Assembly: GCA_964517055.1 (NCBI GenBank)
Contig: CAZFAQ010000002.1
Coordinates: forward strand, 24,633-88,632
Length of the DNA: 64,000 bases
Reading direction: 5' to 3'
Source of the DNA: an uncultured bacterium
GTDB lineage: Bacteria > Deinococcota > Deinococci > Deinococcales > Trueperaceae
This document shows, one piece after another, positions 37,712-46,051 of the stretch. Position 1 is the first letter of the stretch; the number at the start of each line of letters is the position of its first letter. Below the pieces are notes generated by a model that searched no databases, was not told the DNA's origin, and saw nothing but the letters and a program-made list of their open reading frames with translations. Made by a program: the position numbers and the translations under genes.

Positions 37712-38208
37712 GTCGCCTCGTCGCACTCCCGCAGGAGCCTGGCCCAGCGGTCCTCGCCGGGTTGGTGGTGGTGCCTGATCAGCCAGGCGACCCGCGTGTC
37801 GCCTGAGCTCTTGAGGACCATCAGCGCGCCGTACGCTGGATGATGCTGCTTGGCCTGCCTGGTGCCCGCGAACCCATTCAGCCTCGGCTCGGCCGTCACC
37901 CGCGGCTCCGGAAGCAGGTGAGCCAGGACCCTGTGAACGACCCCACTACTGCTCCCCAGCTTCCCGACGTCGTGCAGTAGCGCCGCCCTGAGCACCTCGT
38001 GTGGCACCTCGGGCACGCGCTGCTCGGCGCAGCGGGCCACCTTGACGGCGTGGGCCCTCTCGGCGGGCGCCAACGAGAGGTAGAGCTCGTACTCTGTCGG
38101 CTCGAGCACCAGCCTCGCCCACTCGTCGTCCGGCGCCGCCAGACGTGGGAACGTCGTCTGGAACGTCCTGGTGACCGCGTTCAGCAGCCAGGCGGCGGTC
38201 CTCCTCAT
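37708..38208 (-). CDS. HD domain-containing protein
   Basis: ALLHDVGK HD motif. The start is moved from 38253 to ATG 38208 (TAGACT lies 8 nt upstream). Confidence 0.7.
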   Translation of the reverse strand: MRRTAAWLLNAVTRTFQTTFPRLAAPDDEWARLVLEPTEYELYLSLAPAERAHAVKVARCAEQRVPEVPHEVLRAALLHDVGKLGSSSGVVHRVLAHLLPEPRVTAEPRLNGFAGTRQAKQHHPAYGALMVLKSSGDTRVAWLIRHHHQPGEDRWARLLRECDEAT

Positions 38209-38216
38209 GGCCGGGT

Positions 38217-38222
38217 AGTCTA
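38217..38222 (-). promoter_or_regulatory. -10-like box (TAGACT) 8 nt upstream of the HD-protein ATG at 38208
   Basis: The minus strand reads TAGACTacccggccATG. Confidence 0.4.
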
Positions 38223-38315
38223 GCGCGGCCCGGGACCTCGGCCGGAAGTCCACACGCCAGGGGCGACCTGTATGCTGACCGGCGGCGGGACCCCGCCACG
38301 GAGGCCGCTAGAACC

Positions 38316-39524
38316 ATGACCCTTCGCGCCCTTGCCACACCGGCCATCCTCAAGCACGTTTCGGCGTTCGTGTGCTTGTGTGCCTGCCTGTTCATGCTCT
38401 CCCCCGCTCACGCTGCGGCGCCGGTAGGCGACCCTGCCGAGCCTGCGAGCCCAGGGGCGTTGGGTCCTGACCAAGCTGTGGACGCCCCGAGCGAGGAACC
38501 GATCAGGGTGAGCGCCGAGGAGGCCGCAGACGCGGCCGTCCGGGACTGGCTGGCGCGGCGGCCCATCTCGTTCGACAGGCTGTCCGGCCTGAGCGCGGAG
38601 GACCTGTGCCAGGAGCTGCCGGGCATCGTGACCGAGCCACCTCCGCCTGCCGGCACTGACGTCAACCTCGACGACCGGGTCGAGCGCACGACAGCGGAGG
38701 ACGGTGAGGAGCGCGTCTTCACCTACGCGGCGTCGCTGCCGGCCGACCAGCTCGATGTCGTCGAGGTGCGCCTGCGCCCGGCGGACGACGGCTGGGAGGT
38801 CGTCAGGGTCGGGTTCCGTCGCGACACCTCGCTCACCGGCGTCCGGGCCTGGCTGCAGACGCCCGCCGCCTCTTGGGCGTTCATCGTCTTCTCGGCCGTC
38901 GTGGCGTACATGCTCGTGACCCGCGGCTCGCTGTTACGCCGCTGGCTGGGCCGCACGCGCGAGGCGGTGAAGGAGCACAGGCGGCTCGTCATCGGCACCA
39001 TCCTCGCGTTCTACGGCCTGTTCGGCCTCGGCGTGCTCAGCGGGACGACGCTGCCCGAGACGTGCGACGTCGCGGTCGTACAGATCGTCGAGGGCGCCAT
39101 CACGTCGCTCGGCGCGACCGCCGCGTACGGCAGCGGCGACGTCCCCCGGGCCGCGGCCGTCACCTTCTACCAGAACTTCGTGGTCGTGACGGTCTCGGTC
39201 ACGTTCACGCTGGCCGCCATCCTCGGCGTTCCCGCCTACATCTACGCTGCCTTCTCGTTCTTCGTGCAGGGCGTCCCGTTCGGTCTCATCGGCGGCGGCG
39301 ACGTCATGCAGATCCTGACCCTCCTGGTCGTGATCGTCCTCGAGCTGACCGCGTACTTCTTCGTGGTCTCGGGGGGCGGGATGCTCCTCTCAACGGTCTG
39401 GAGGGGCGGCTTCGGCAGGCTGCCTGATGGCTTCCGCAAGCTGCTATCGACGCTGCCCGTCGCCATGATCTTGCTGCTCGCTGGCGCTTGGTTCGAGGCC
39501 GCCGCGCTGATCCTAGGCTTCTAG
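38316..39524 (+). CDS. Membrane protein, SpoIIM/DUF95-like C-terminal domain with an N-terminal extracytoplasmic extension
   Basis: A signal-like N-terminus, about 170 aa of soluble sequence, then about 6 hydrophobic helices. The family call rests on overall resemblance only. Confidence 0.45.
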   Translation: MTLRALATPAILKHVSAFVCLCACLFMLSPAHAAAPVGDPAEPASPGALGPDQAVDAPSEEPIRVSAEEAADAAVRDWLARRPISFDRLSGLSAEDLCQELPGIVTEPPPPAGTDVNLDDRVERTTAEDGEERVFTYAASLPADQLDVVEVRLRPADDGWEVVRVGFRRDTSLTGVRAWLQTPAASWAFIVFSAVVAYMLVTRGSLLRRWLGRTREAVKEHRRLVIGTILAFYGLFGLGVLSGTTLPETCDVAVVQIVEGAITSLGATAAYGSGDVPRAAAVTFYQNFVVVTVSVTFTLAAILGVPAYIYAAFSFFVQGVPFGLIGGGDVMQILTLLVVIVLELTAYFFVVSGGGMLLSTVWRGGFGRLPDGFRKLLSTLPVAMILLLAGAWFEAAALILGF

Positions 39525-39531
39525 CCCCTAC

Positions 39532-40443
39532 TCACTGTCCCAACGCGACCCGCACTGCCGGGGCGACGTCGAGGAGGTCCGACGCCGCTGCGAACGCCCC
39601 CGCCCAGGGGCCGACGGCGTAAAGCGGCACAGCGTTGCGTGTGTGGGTAGGAACTGTGACGTCCTCGAGGTTCCCGTGGTCCGACGTGATGACGAGGGTG
39701 ACCCCGCGCGCGACGGCCCCGGAGGCGTCGTTCACCAGGTGAGCCACGACCTGGTCGATGCGCTCGACTAGCTCACTACCGCGCTCCACGTCGCGGGCGT
39801 GACCGAAGGAGTCTGTCAGCCAGACGTCTAGAAGTGTGAACGCGTTGGTGGCGGCGAGCTCGCTCAGGACCCGCGCGGAGCCCGTGGTGCCGAGCGGAGG
39901 CCCAGCCCGTGTCAGGTGCTCACCCATGAGGTCGGACGGCACCGCGCGCCCCGCGGCGTAGTCCTCGGCTCCCAGCTGGCGCACACCCGCCGCCACGGCC
40001 CCGTAGGCCATCGCGTTGAGCCGGAACCTGCGCCCGCGGCGCGCCTCGAAGTAGCCGGGCGGGTAGGCGTTGGCCAGGCAGGCACCACCGGCCCTGACGC
40101 CGTCGTGGAACAGGTTGCCTGCGTCGAGCAGACGCTGGAGCGTGGGACCTGGCCACGGCCCGTAGTGCCCGTTCATCGCGTCGGCGCCGTTCACGCCGGT
40201 GATCAGCGTGGTCTGTCCAGTGGCCGACTGCGGCAGGCCAGGGTGCCCGAGCGTGGCGTCGAGCTCGCGGTAGACCACCGATCCAGAGGGCTCGTGGGGA
40301 GCCGGCTCGCCGGCGCCCCGACGTTCCAGGTCGTCGAGGGCCGGCGTGTGTGCCGTGCTCATGGGACCTTTAGGGCCATCCACGTCCTCGGCGGCGGCCA
40401 CGCCGAACCCGTCGAGGAACAGGAAGAGGACGCTACCCGTCAG
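39532..40443 (-). CDS. Alkaline-phosphatase-superfamily metalloenzyme (short cofactor-independent phosphoglycerate mutase / phosphopentomutase-like)
   Basis: ITSDHGN motif. The in-frame sequence upstream of the track start encodes SVLFLFLDGFG (the metal-site Asp strand), so I extend to CTG 40443, which overlaps the trpS stop as CTGA (see finding). Confidence 0.65.
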   Translation of the reverse strand: MTGSVLFLFLDGFGVAAAEDVDGPKGPMSTAHTPALDDLERRGAGEPAPHEPSGSVVYRELDATLGHPGLPQSATGQTTLITGVNGADAMNGHYGPWPGPTLQRLLDAGNLFHDGVRAGGACLANAYPPGYFEARRGRRFRLNAMAYGAVAAGVRQLGAEDYAAGRAVPSDLMGEHLTRAGPPLGTTGSARVLSELAATNAFTLLDVWLTDSFGHARDVERGSELVERIDQVVAHLVNDASGAVARGVTLVITSDHGNLEDVTVPTHTRNAVPLYAVGPWAGAFAAASDLLDVAPAVRVALGQ

Positions 40444-41447
40444 CCGACCCCCATGGCTCTCTGGGCCCTGGACAGCGTGCGCGCGGCGATCTCCCTGGCG
40501 CGCTCCGCGCCCCGCTCCAGGATGGCGTCGAGCCCGTCCCTATCGTCCATGTAGGCGCGGTAGCGCTCCTGGAACGGTCGCAGCATGTCGTTGACGGCCT
40601 GAACCGTGAGCTTCTTGAGCGTGCCGTAACCGCCGCCCTCCAGCTCGCCCTCGATGTCCTCGAGGCTGCGCCCAGACACCACGTGGGCGATGGTCATGAG
40701 GTTCCTGACGCCCGCGGAGGCCTGCTCGAAGCGCAACTCGCGGCCCGAGTCCGTGACGGCAGACATCAGCTTCTTCTTGACCGTCGCCTCGTCGTCTAGC
40801 AGGTTGATCAGGTGACCGGGCCTGTCCGCGCCGAGGCTCTTTGACATCTTCACCTCGGGGTCGTCCAGGCCCATAAGCCTCGCGCCCGCCTTGGGAAGCT
40901 CGACGTCGGGCAGCACGAACGTCTCGCCGAAGAGGTGGTTGAACCGCTCGGCGATGTCCCTGGTGATCTCGATGTGCTGCTTCTGGTCCTCGCCGACCGG
41001 CACCACGTCGGTGTCGTAGAGCAGGATGTCGGCGGCCTGCAGGACCGGGTAGACCAGGAGACCGGAGCCGACGCTCTCCCTGCCCTCGGACTTCGACTTG
41101 AACTGCGTCATCCGGTAGAGCCAGCCTAGAGGGGTCACGCATGAGAGCAGCCACGAGAGCTCGGAGTGCTCGCGCACGTGCGACTGAACGAAGATGATGC
41201 TGCGTTCCGGGTCCACGCCGGCAGCCAGGAACTGCGCGGCGGTCGAGCGGACCCTCTCCTTGAGACGGTCGGGGTCGACGGCCTCGGGGACGGTGAGGGC
41301 GTGCAGGTCGACGACGCAGAAGACGTTCTCCCTGGTGTCCTGGCCAGCTACCCACTGCCTCAGGGCCCCGATGTAGTTGCCTAGGTGAAGGTCGCCGGTC
41401 GGCTGCACCCCTGAGAAGACGCGTGCCCTGGCGGTGTCTTTGTCCAT
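40440..41447 (-). CDS. trpS: Tryptophan--tRNA ligase
   Basis: VFSGVQPTGDLHLGNYIGAL (HIGH-type) and KMSKS. The start is set to ATG 41447 (TATACT lies 8 nt upstream). Confidence 0.95.
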   Translation of the reverse strand: MDKDTARARVFSGVQPTGDLHLGNYIGALRQWVAGQDTRENVFCVVDLHALTVPEAVDPDRLKERVRSTAAQFLAAGVDPERSIIFVQSHVREHSELSWLLSCVTPLGWLYRMTQFKSKSEGRESVGSGLLVYPVLQAADILLYDTDVVPVGEDQKQHIEITRDIAERFNHLFGETFVLPDVELPKAGARLMGLDDPEVKMSKSLGADRPGHLINLLDDEATVKKKLMSAVTDSGRELRFEQASAGVRNLMTIAHVVSGRSLEDIEGELEGGGYGTLKKLTVQAVNDMLRPFQERYRAYMDDRDGLDAILERGAERAREIAARTLSRAQRAMGVG

Positions 41448-41455
41448 GACGGGCA

Positions 41456-41461
41456 AGTATA
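41456..41461 (-). promoter_or_regulatory. -10-like box (TATACT) 8 nt upstream of the trpS ATG at 41447
   Basis: The minus strand reads TATACTtgcccgtcATG. Confidence 0.4.
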
Positions 41462-41471
41462 AGCGGGCATC

Positions 41472-41491
41472 GCCGGGGCCCGGGCTCCGGC
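41472..41491 (-). terminator. GC-rich hairpin after the GH13 gene
   Basis: The minus strand reads GCCGGAGCC-CG-GGCCCCGGC, a near-perfect inverted repeat between the amylase-family stop and the trpS -10 box. Confidence 0.3.
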
Positions 41492-41511
41492 CCTTCGCGC
41501 CGCGTGCGACC

Positions 41512-43080
41512 CTACTCCGGGTCCAGGACGAGCACGCTTAGCCCCGGCACGACGCCGGTGAAGGACTCGCCGCTCAGCAGGTCGGTCAGGCTGCCGTCCG
41601 GGAGCACGCCGTCACCTAGCTCGACGGCGCGCGCGCTCAGGTTGGCAAGCACGTACAGCGTCTCGCCCGCTGCGCTCCTCGCCAACACCAGCAGCTCGAC
41701 GTGCCCGCTCTCCAGGACGGTCGTCGCGCCGCGGTTCAGCGCGGGACGGGCGTTGCGGAGCTGGATGAGGGCCCGGTAGTGCTCGAGCACCGAGCTGGCT
41801 TCACCAGACTGCGTCCGGACGTTGACGCCGGGCGTTGCGGGGCCCGGGTCGGTCCAGGGCGTCCCGGTCGTGAAGCCGAGGTCCGGCGCCTCCTCCCACC
41901 GCATGGGGGTGCGCTTCTCGACGTCGTGGCTGCCGGCGCCGTCGACCATGCCGATCTCCTCGCCGTAGTAGACGAAAGGTGTGCCGGGCAGGGTGAGGAG
42001 CAGCGAGGCCGCCAGCTTGATGCGCCTCTCGTCACGCCGGGGGACGGAGAGCTGGGTCGCCAACCGCGCCTGGTCGTGGTTGCTCGTGAACGTGGCGCGC
42101 ACGGCGCCTTCCGGGTAGAGGGCGAGCTCCTGCTCGAGGACGAACCCGAGGTCCGAGGCGCTGCGCCGCGCTATGGCGCCCGTCAGCTCGCTCCACAGCG
42201 GGTAGTCGAAAGACATGTGGAGACCGGCTTCGCGGTGGTACCTGACGATCGCCGGCATCACCGTCCAGGTCTCGCCGAGCACGACCGCGTCCGGCGCGAC
42301 CTCGCGCACGAAGCTCTGGAACGCCTTGACCCAGGCGTAGTTCTCCGGGGAGTTGGCGATCAGGCCCTCCTCCGACTCGATGACGTGCTGTATACCGTCG
42401 ACCCTGAACCCGTCGACCCCGAGCTCGAGCCAGTAGCGCGCTACGTCGAAGACCTCCGCCATCACGGCGGGGTTCCTGTGGTTCAGGTCAGGCATGCGGG
42501 GCGAGAACAGCCCGAGGTAGTGCGTGTCGCCCGCCTCGTGCCAGGCGCCCGAACCTAGTGCGCCCTGCCAGTCGGGCGGGTCGTCAGCCCAGACGTAGTA
42601 GTCGCGGTACACGGGGTCGCCGCCTAGGGCAGCCACGAACCACGGATGCTGGTCCGAGGTGTGGTTGGGCACGAGGTCGATGATCACGCGCATGCCGAGC
42701 TCGTGCGCCGCGCCAAGCAGCTCGGTCAGGTCATCTAGCGTGCCGTAGTCGGGGTTGACGGCCCGGTAGTCGGTCACGTCGTAGCCGTGGTAGCTGGGGC
42801 TCGGGTGGATGGGCATGAGCCAGAGGCCGCCTATCCCCAGCTCCGCCAGGTACTCGAGCCGCTGCGTGACCCCACGCAGGTCGCCGATACCGTCGCCGTC
42901 CGAGTCCTGGAAGCTTCGTACGAACACCTCGTACCAGACGACCTGGTCGGCGGCGGGGGCGTTGGCGGGGGACGCGGCGGCGCCCTCCTCCGCCATGGCT
43001 ACGACCGCCGCCAGCAACAGGCCAGCCGCCGCCACCAGCCTGGTCGCGAGAGCTGTCACGGCCAGGTCTTGTCGGCCCAT
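41512..43080 (-). CDS. GH13 alpha-amylase-family glycoside hydrolase (secreted)
   Basis: DGDGIGDL, DLVPNHTS, GFRVDGIQH, LGETW and FTSNHDQ are conserved regions I-IV. Signal-like N-terminus. Start at ATG 43080, or at GTG 43059 (GTGA overlap with the M23 gene stop). Confidence 0.85.
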   Translation of the reverse strand: MGRQDLAVTALATRLVAAAGLLLAAVVAMAEEGAAASPANAPAADQVVWYEVFVRSFQDSDGDGIGDLRGVTQRLEYLAELGIGGLWLMPIHPSPSYHGYDVTDYRAVNPDYGTLDDLTELLGAAHELGMRVIIDLVPNHTSDQHPWFVAALGGDPVYRDYYVWADDPPDWQGALGSGAWHEAGDTHYLGLFSPRMPDLNHRNPAVMAEVFDVARYWLELGVDGFRVDGIQHVIESEEGLIANSPENYAWVKAFQSFVREVAPDAVVLGETWTVMPAIVRYHREAGLHMSFDYPLWSELTGAIARRSASDLGFVLEQELALYPEGAVRATFTSNHDQARLATQLSVPRRDERRIKLAASLLLTLPGTPFVYYGEEIGMVDGAGSHDVEKRTPMRWEEAPDLGFTTGTPWTDPGPATPGVNVRTQSGEASSVLEHYRALIQLRNARPALNRGATTVLESGHVELLVLARSAAGETLYVLANLSARAVELGDGVLPDGSLTDLLSGESFTGVVPGLSVLVLDPE

Positions 43081-44201
43081 AGCAGAGGGTTGCTGGGAGA
43101 GAGGTCGAGCCGCATCTCCCAGTGCAGGTGGGGGCCCGTCGAGAGGCCCGTGCTGCCGACCAGGCCGATGACGTCCCCACGGGTCACTTGCTGACCGACC
43201 TCGACGCCGACGCTGCTCATATGGAAGTAGTGGCTGTAGACCCCCAGGCCGTGATCGATCATCACCCAACCGCCCTTGACAGCGTACTGGCCGGCCACCA
43301 CGACGACGCCATCGTTGGTGGCGTGTACGGGGGTCCCGGTGGGAGCGGCGATGTCGAGGCCGTTGTGGTACGACACCGGACCGCCTTGAGCGTAGCGTCG
43401 GGCGTCGGCGAAGCCACTCGTCTCGCGGCCAGAGACAGGCAGGAGGAAGCTCTCGGTCCAGCGTGGTGACCCGCCGCCGGCCGCGACCGCGTCGGCCATG
43501 AGCTGCCGCTCAAGCGCCTGCGCCTCGGGGGTCACGGCGGCAAGCACGCCGCTCGGGATGACTAGCTGCTCGACGCTTACAGGCAGCGCCTCAAGGAGGA
43601 CCGTGTGGATGGTCGTGACGTGGCGGCCGAACTCGTCGATGGCCTCCGCGTGGACCTCTAGCGTCTGGTCCTCCACCCCGAACGGTGTCGGCAGCACACC
43701 GCGGTACCCGGCCGGCGTCTCATGCAGCCGTGCCGCGAGCTCTCCTGCCGTGGCCGAGAGCCCCAGGATGGCGGCGCCGTTGTCCTCGAGCTCGATCAGC
43801 ACGCCGAGGGGGTCGCCCGCGCGAAGCCGTTCCGGTGCCGTCACGCTGACCTCTGGCGCCTCGACGCCCGTGATGGGTGCCCTGACGACCGTCTCGTTGC
43901 CGGCCGCGTCGGTGGCCGTCACGACAGCGTCGTTGACGCCAGGGACCACGCTGAGGACGAACGTGTGGTCCTGGTCGACCTCCGTCTGCTCGGTGCCGGC
44001 GTACCTGACGACGTAAGTGACGGGCTCGTTGGCGCTCACGAAGAGCAACGCGCTGGCGCCCACCGGGTGCCTGGCCTGCACCTCGTGGTAGAGCCTAGGC
44101 GGGTCGACGTCCCTGAGCGCCGCCGAGACCGAGAGCGTGGCGAGCGCCAAGGCCAGCAGAGCGAGCACCATCAGGGCCAGACGGCGCGACCTGTACCTCA
44201 A
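43056..44201 (-). CDS. M23 family metallopeptidase
   Basis: HNGLDIAAPTGTPV and GSTGLSTGPHLHWEM (HxxxD / HxH motifs). TTG start after a GGGAGG SD. N-terminal anchor. Confidence 0.85.
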   Translation of the reverse strand: MRYRSRRLALMVLALLALALATLSVSAALRDVDPPRLYHEVQARHPVGASALLFVSANEPVTYVVRYAGTEQTEVDQDHTFVLSVVPGVNDAVVTATDAAGNETVVRAPITGVEAPEVSVTAPERLRAGDPLGVLIELEDNGAAILGLSATAGELAARLHETPAGYRGVLPTPFGVEDQTLEVHAEAIDEFGRHVTTIHTVLLEALPVSVEQLVIPSGVLAAVTPEAQALERQLMADAVAAGGGSPRWTESFLLPVSGRETSGFADARRYAQGGPVSYHNGLDIAAPTGTPVHATNDGVVVVAGQYAVKGGWVMIDHGLGVYSHYFHMSSVGVEVGQQVTRGDVIGLVGSTGLSTGPHLHWEMRLDLSPSNPLLWADKTWP

Positions 44202-44220
44202 CGTCCTCCCACCGCCCGGC

Positions 44221-44763
44221 TCAGCCCTCCTGGCTCGTCACGAACGGCAGGTTGCGGAACTGGTGGTCGACGTCCAGACCGTAGCCGTACACGAAGGCGT
44301 CGTCGATCGTGAAGCCTAGGTAATCGACGGGCACCTCGACCTGACGCCGTGACGGCTTCGAGAGCAGCGCCGCGACCTTGACGCTCGCCGGCTGGTGGTT
44401 CTGCAGGTAGCGCAGCAGGTAGTCCATGGTTATGCCGGTGTCGACGATGTCCTCGACGAGGATCACGTGCTTGCCTGCGATGGGTAGGTCGAGGTCCTTG
44501 ATGAGCTTCACTCGGCCCGAGGTCTTCGTGCCGGAGCCGTAGCTGGAGACGGAAAGGAAGTCGACGGAGAGGGGCATGTCGATCGCCCTGACCAGGTCGG
44601 CCATGAATATGAACGCGCCGTTGAGCACCGCGATGAGGTGCAGCGGTTGCCCATCGTGGTCCTCGCGGATGGCGGCGCCCAGCTCGGCGACGCGCCTGGA
44701 TATGTCGTCTCTGGTTATCTGGACTAGGCCGGGACCCGGCCTGAAGTGGCTGCCGTCTGTCAT
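44221..44763 (-). CDS. hpt: Hypoxanthine phosphoribosyltransferase
   Basis: 180 aa. VILVEDIVDTGITM PRPP-binding motif. Confidence 0.9.
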   Translation of the reverse strand: MTDGSHFRPGPGLVQITRDDISRRVAELGAAIREDHDGQPLHLIAVLNGAFIFMADLVRAIDMPLSVDFLSVSSYGSGTKTSGRVKLIKDLDLPIAGKHVILVEDIVDTGITMDYLLRYLQNHQPASVKVAALLSKPSRRQVEVPVDYLGFTIDDAFVYGYGLDVDHQFRNLPFVTSQEG

Positions 44764-44816
44764 CTGTCGCTCCGGGGGACCAGCCGTGACGCCTTCGCTC
44801 TCACGCGGCCGCGCCG

Positions 44817-44825
44817 ATCATACCA
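44817..44825 (-). promoter_or_regulatory. Extended -10 (TGgTATGAT) for the hpt-M23-GH13 operon, with a leader of about 45 nt
   Basis: The minus strand reads cTGgTATGAT immediately after the rluB-like stop. A GGAG SD precedes the hpt ATG. Confidence 0.35.
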
Positions 44826-44829
44826 GGGG

Positions 44830-45528
44830 TCACGACGCGGTCAGTCTCCTGACCTCGTCGGGCCGCAGCGCCCTGTGCTCGCCGACGGCGAGGTCACCGA
44901 GCAGCAGGCCACCGACCCTCGTTCGCACCAGCCGCACGGTGTCGTAGCCGACCTCGGCGAGCATCCGCCTCACCTGGCGCTTGCGACCCTCGGTGAGGAC
45001 GATGACGGCTCCCCCGGGCACGCGCGTCGCCCCGACCGCCCTGGCCGGCCCGTCCTCGAGCGTCAGGCCCCCCGTCAGGCGCGCCAGGGCTGCGTCTGTG
45101 ACCTCGGCCGGTGCAGTCAGCACCAGGTACTCCTTCTCGTGCTCGAAACGCGGGTGGGTGAGGCTCAGCGTCAGCGCGCCGTCGGTCGTCAGCAGCAGCA
45201 GCCCCTCTGACTCCTTGTCTAGACGCCCCACAGGGTGAAGCCCCGGGTGTGGCGGCACCAGCTCCATCACCGTCGACCTGCCGTGCTCGTCGCTGACCGT
45301 CGTCACGTAGCCGGCCGGCTTGTGAAGCAGGTACGTGACGTGCTCCGTTGGCCTGGAGAGAGCCGCGCCGTCGACGCGGACGTCGTCGGACCACGAGGCC
45401 CTGTCTCCCAGGCCAGCGACCCTGCCGTTCACCGTGACGCGGCCCGACTCGATCAGCTCCTCGGCCCTGCGCCGGCTAGCAACGCCGGCCCGAGCGAGGA
45501 GCTTCTGCAGGCGCTCTTCGGGCTCCAC
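44830..45528 (-). CDS. Pseudouridine synthase, RsuA/RluB family
   Basis: S4 domain LQKLLARAGVASRRRAEELI and catalytic GRLDKESEGLLLLT. Confidence 0.85.
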   Translation of the reverse strand: MEPEERLQKLLARAGVASRRRAEELIESGRVTVNGRVAGLGDRASWSDDVRVDGAALSRPTEHVTYLLHKPAGYVTTVSDEHGRSTVMELVPPHPGLHPVGRLDKESEGLLLLTTDGALTLSLTHPRFEHEKEYLVLTAPAEVTDAALARLTGGLTLEDGPARAVGATRVPGGAVIVLTEGRKRQVRRMLAEVGYDTVRLVRTRVGGLLLGDLAVGEHRALRPDEVRRLTAS

Positions 45529-45534
45529 CGCGGC

Positions 45535-45540
45535 ATGATA
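45535..45540 (-). promoter_or_regulatory. -10-like box (TATCAT) 6 nt upstream of the pseudouridine synthase GTG
   Basis: The minus strand reads TATCATgccgcgGTG. Confidence 0.35.
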
Positions 45541-45547
45541 GGCCGGT

Positions 45548-45553
45548 TACCAT
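45548..45553 (+). promoter_or_regulatory. -10-like box (TACCAT) for the thioesterase/aminopeptidase operon, with a short leader
   Basis: TACCAT, then an AGGAG SD about 13 nt before GTG 45584. Confidence 0.3.
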
Positions 45554-45583
45554 CGTGGACGTGATCCAGGAGCCGTACCCCTC

Positions 45584-46051
45584 GTGAGCCAGGAGACGGG
45601 CACCTTCGACCTCAAGCAGCTGATCGAGGAAGTGATCCCGTTCAACCGGGCGCTCGGCGTCGAGCTCCGCGTCTACGACCCGGAGGACGGCAGCGTGACG
45701 CTCGCGCTCCCGTTGCGTGAAGAGCACATCGGCAACGTCGTCAGGCGCGCCCCGCACGGTGGGGTCATCGCAGCGCTCGTCGACGCCGCCTCCGGCGCGG
45801 CCGCTGCGCTGCAGGTCGACGCGGAGGCGGTCGCCACGGTCGCCACTATCGACATGCGGGTCGACTACCTAGAGCCTGCCGAGGGCGACGTGCTGCTCGC
45901 AGAGACGAGCGTCGCGCGCTCGGGAGCCCGGGTCGTCGTCGTGCGCACCGACGTCCGCGATGGCGCCGGCACCCTCGTCGCCATAGGCACCAGCGCCTTC
46001 CGCGTCGACAGGTCCGCAGGCAAGGGCCGCGTCGGGGAGGACCGCGCATGA
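45584..46051 (+). CDS. PaaI-family hotdog-fold thioesterase
   Basis: HGGVIAALVDAASGAAA motif. 155 aa. Confidence 0.75.
   Translation: MSQETGTFDLKQLIEEVIPFNRALGVELRVYDPEDGSVTLALPLREEHIGNVVRRAPHGGVIAALVDAASGAAAALQVDAEAVATVATIDMRVDYLEPAEGDVLLAETSVARSGARVVVVRTDVRDGAGTLVAIGTSAFRVDRSAGKGRVGEDRA

Noticed and set aside
45561-45587. A GTG 7 nt after the TACCAT box at 45548-45553, which could be a leaderless start.
   Set aside because: That frame hits TGA after 8 codons and is out of frame with the thioesterase. The real gene has an AGGAG SD and a GTG at 45584, so the box more likely drives a short-leader mRNA.
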